Under the pieces are notes generated by a model. That model searched no databases. It saw only the letters and a program-made list of their open reading frames with translations, and was not told where the DNA came from. The position numbers and the translations under genes are program-made. Below, in pieces: positions 63,253-64,000 of a stretch of 64,000 bases of DNA. The stretch comes from Nitrosopumilus sp. (GTDB lineage Archaea; Thermoproteota; Nitrososphaeria; Nitrososphaerales; Nitrosopumilaceae), in NCBI GenBank assembly GCA_965218695.1, contig OZ244651.1:960001-1024000 (forward strand), written 5' to 3'. Position 1 is the first letter of the stretch, and each line of letters opens with the position of its first letter.

Positions 63253-63425
63253 AAAATAACAAAAAATTCCAATCCTCTAAACTGCAGCAAAACGTATTTT
63301 TACAATAAAAAACATTCTCATTTTTTTGCACTCAAATTTTACGGCATTTAACAACAATTGCTGCCTTGCTCAGACCCGAATGTCTAAGCCTGGATTGACG
63401 GTGCGCAGCTGCGGGACGGTCAGTA

Positions 63426-64000
63426 TCATACGTGCTTGGAGAGCATTCCTGCCACCTTTCTTCTTCCGATGTCTGAGATGAACGGGCCTATCCTTGGGCC
63501 TCCGGTCGTTCCGAGGATCACCTGATAGAGTATCCTGAAAAAGTCCCTTGGCTTGATTCCGTTTGACTTTGCAATCTGATAAATCGCACCCTGGATGTCC
63601 TCTGGCCCCTCGTCTGCGCCCAGAACACCTACAAGGTCGCTCAATGCTTTCCTTGCATGCTCGTCCAGTTCAATGCGGACCGGCTCCTGCGCGTCAAACT
63701 CGTCTGAAAAGTTTCCTGCAAGCTCGGCAAGTGCCTCTACCTCCGGCCCTGCATCCTTTATGATTCCGTATTCCTGCAGCTTTTTTGTCACCATGTCATT
63801 TCTGTCCTCCTTGAAGATCCTTGCCAGCTCGACTGCGAGTCTGTAGTTTACGTGCACGCCGGGCTGTCCTGGCGGCTCCAGCAGATTCACGTACTCGTAG
63901 AGTCCCCTTGTCTTTGCAAGCTTTGCCTGGTTGTCCATCTTGACCCTTCCAAAGTAGACGTCCTCTAGCTCGTTGTATTCGTTCATCAGGGACGGAATGT
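63426..64000 (-). CDS. lysS: Lysine--tRNA ligase class I, C-terminal part
   Basis: IQGAIYQIAK..FFRILYQVILG..GPRIGPF anticodon-binding domain; runs off the window end. Confidence 0.88.
   Translation of the reverse strand, partial: IPSLMNEYNELEDVYFGRVKMDNQAKLAKTRGLYEYVNLLEPPGQPGVHVNYRLAVELARIFKEDRNDMVTKKLQEYGIIKDAGPEVEALAELAGNFSDEFDAQEPVRIELDEHARKALSDLVGVLGADEGPEDIQGAIYQIAKSNGIKPRDFFRILYQVILGTTGGPRIGPFISDIGRRKVAGMLSKHV

Overview
Chromosomal segment of an ammonia-oxidising archaeon (Nitrosopumilaceae-type: rps26e, archaeal ThrRS, class I LysRS, PEFG-CTERM cupredoxin, trp cluster without trpF). The core genes are relatively GC-rich and there is a heavy recent IS expansion: by summing element coordinates about 20 of 64 kb is IS-derived (IS66-like x4, IS5-like x5, ISH3-like x3, IS630 x2 plus fragments, IS6 x2), which suggests a host-associated lineage. 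Core blocks are aspS-gatCAB-acyl-CoA synthetase, thrS-speB-CDP-alcohol phosphatidyltransferase-rps26e, trpEGDCBA, DUF99/SDR/beta-hydroxyacid dehydrogenase, and GGR-methyltransferase-lysS. Two accessory regions stand out. (1) An AT-rich island (about 0.7-5.66 kb) carries a biuret hydrolase (BiuH signature), a stand-alone allophanate-hydrolase C-terminal domain, DUF2877/AllH and carbamate kinase, a candidate route for releasing ammonia from biuret-like compounds in an archaeal nitrifier. (2) A decayed integrase-associated island (about 38-49 kb) contains a 144-bp-period tandem array of six tiny ribbon-helix-helix genes, missed by the ORF track, that differ in the predicted DNA-reading strand. 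It is followed by PD-(D/E)XK nuclease-like genes and DUF4145 and DNA-methyltransferase fragments. Family assignments come from motif recognition by eye; no database searches were run.
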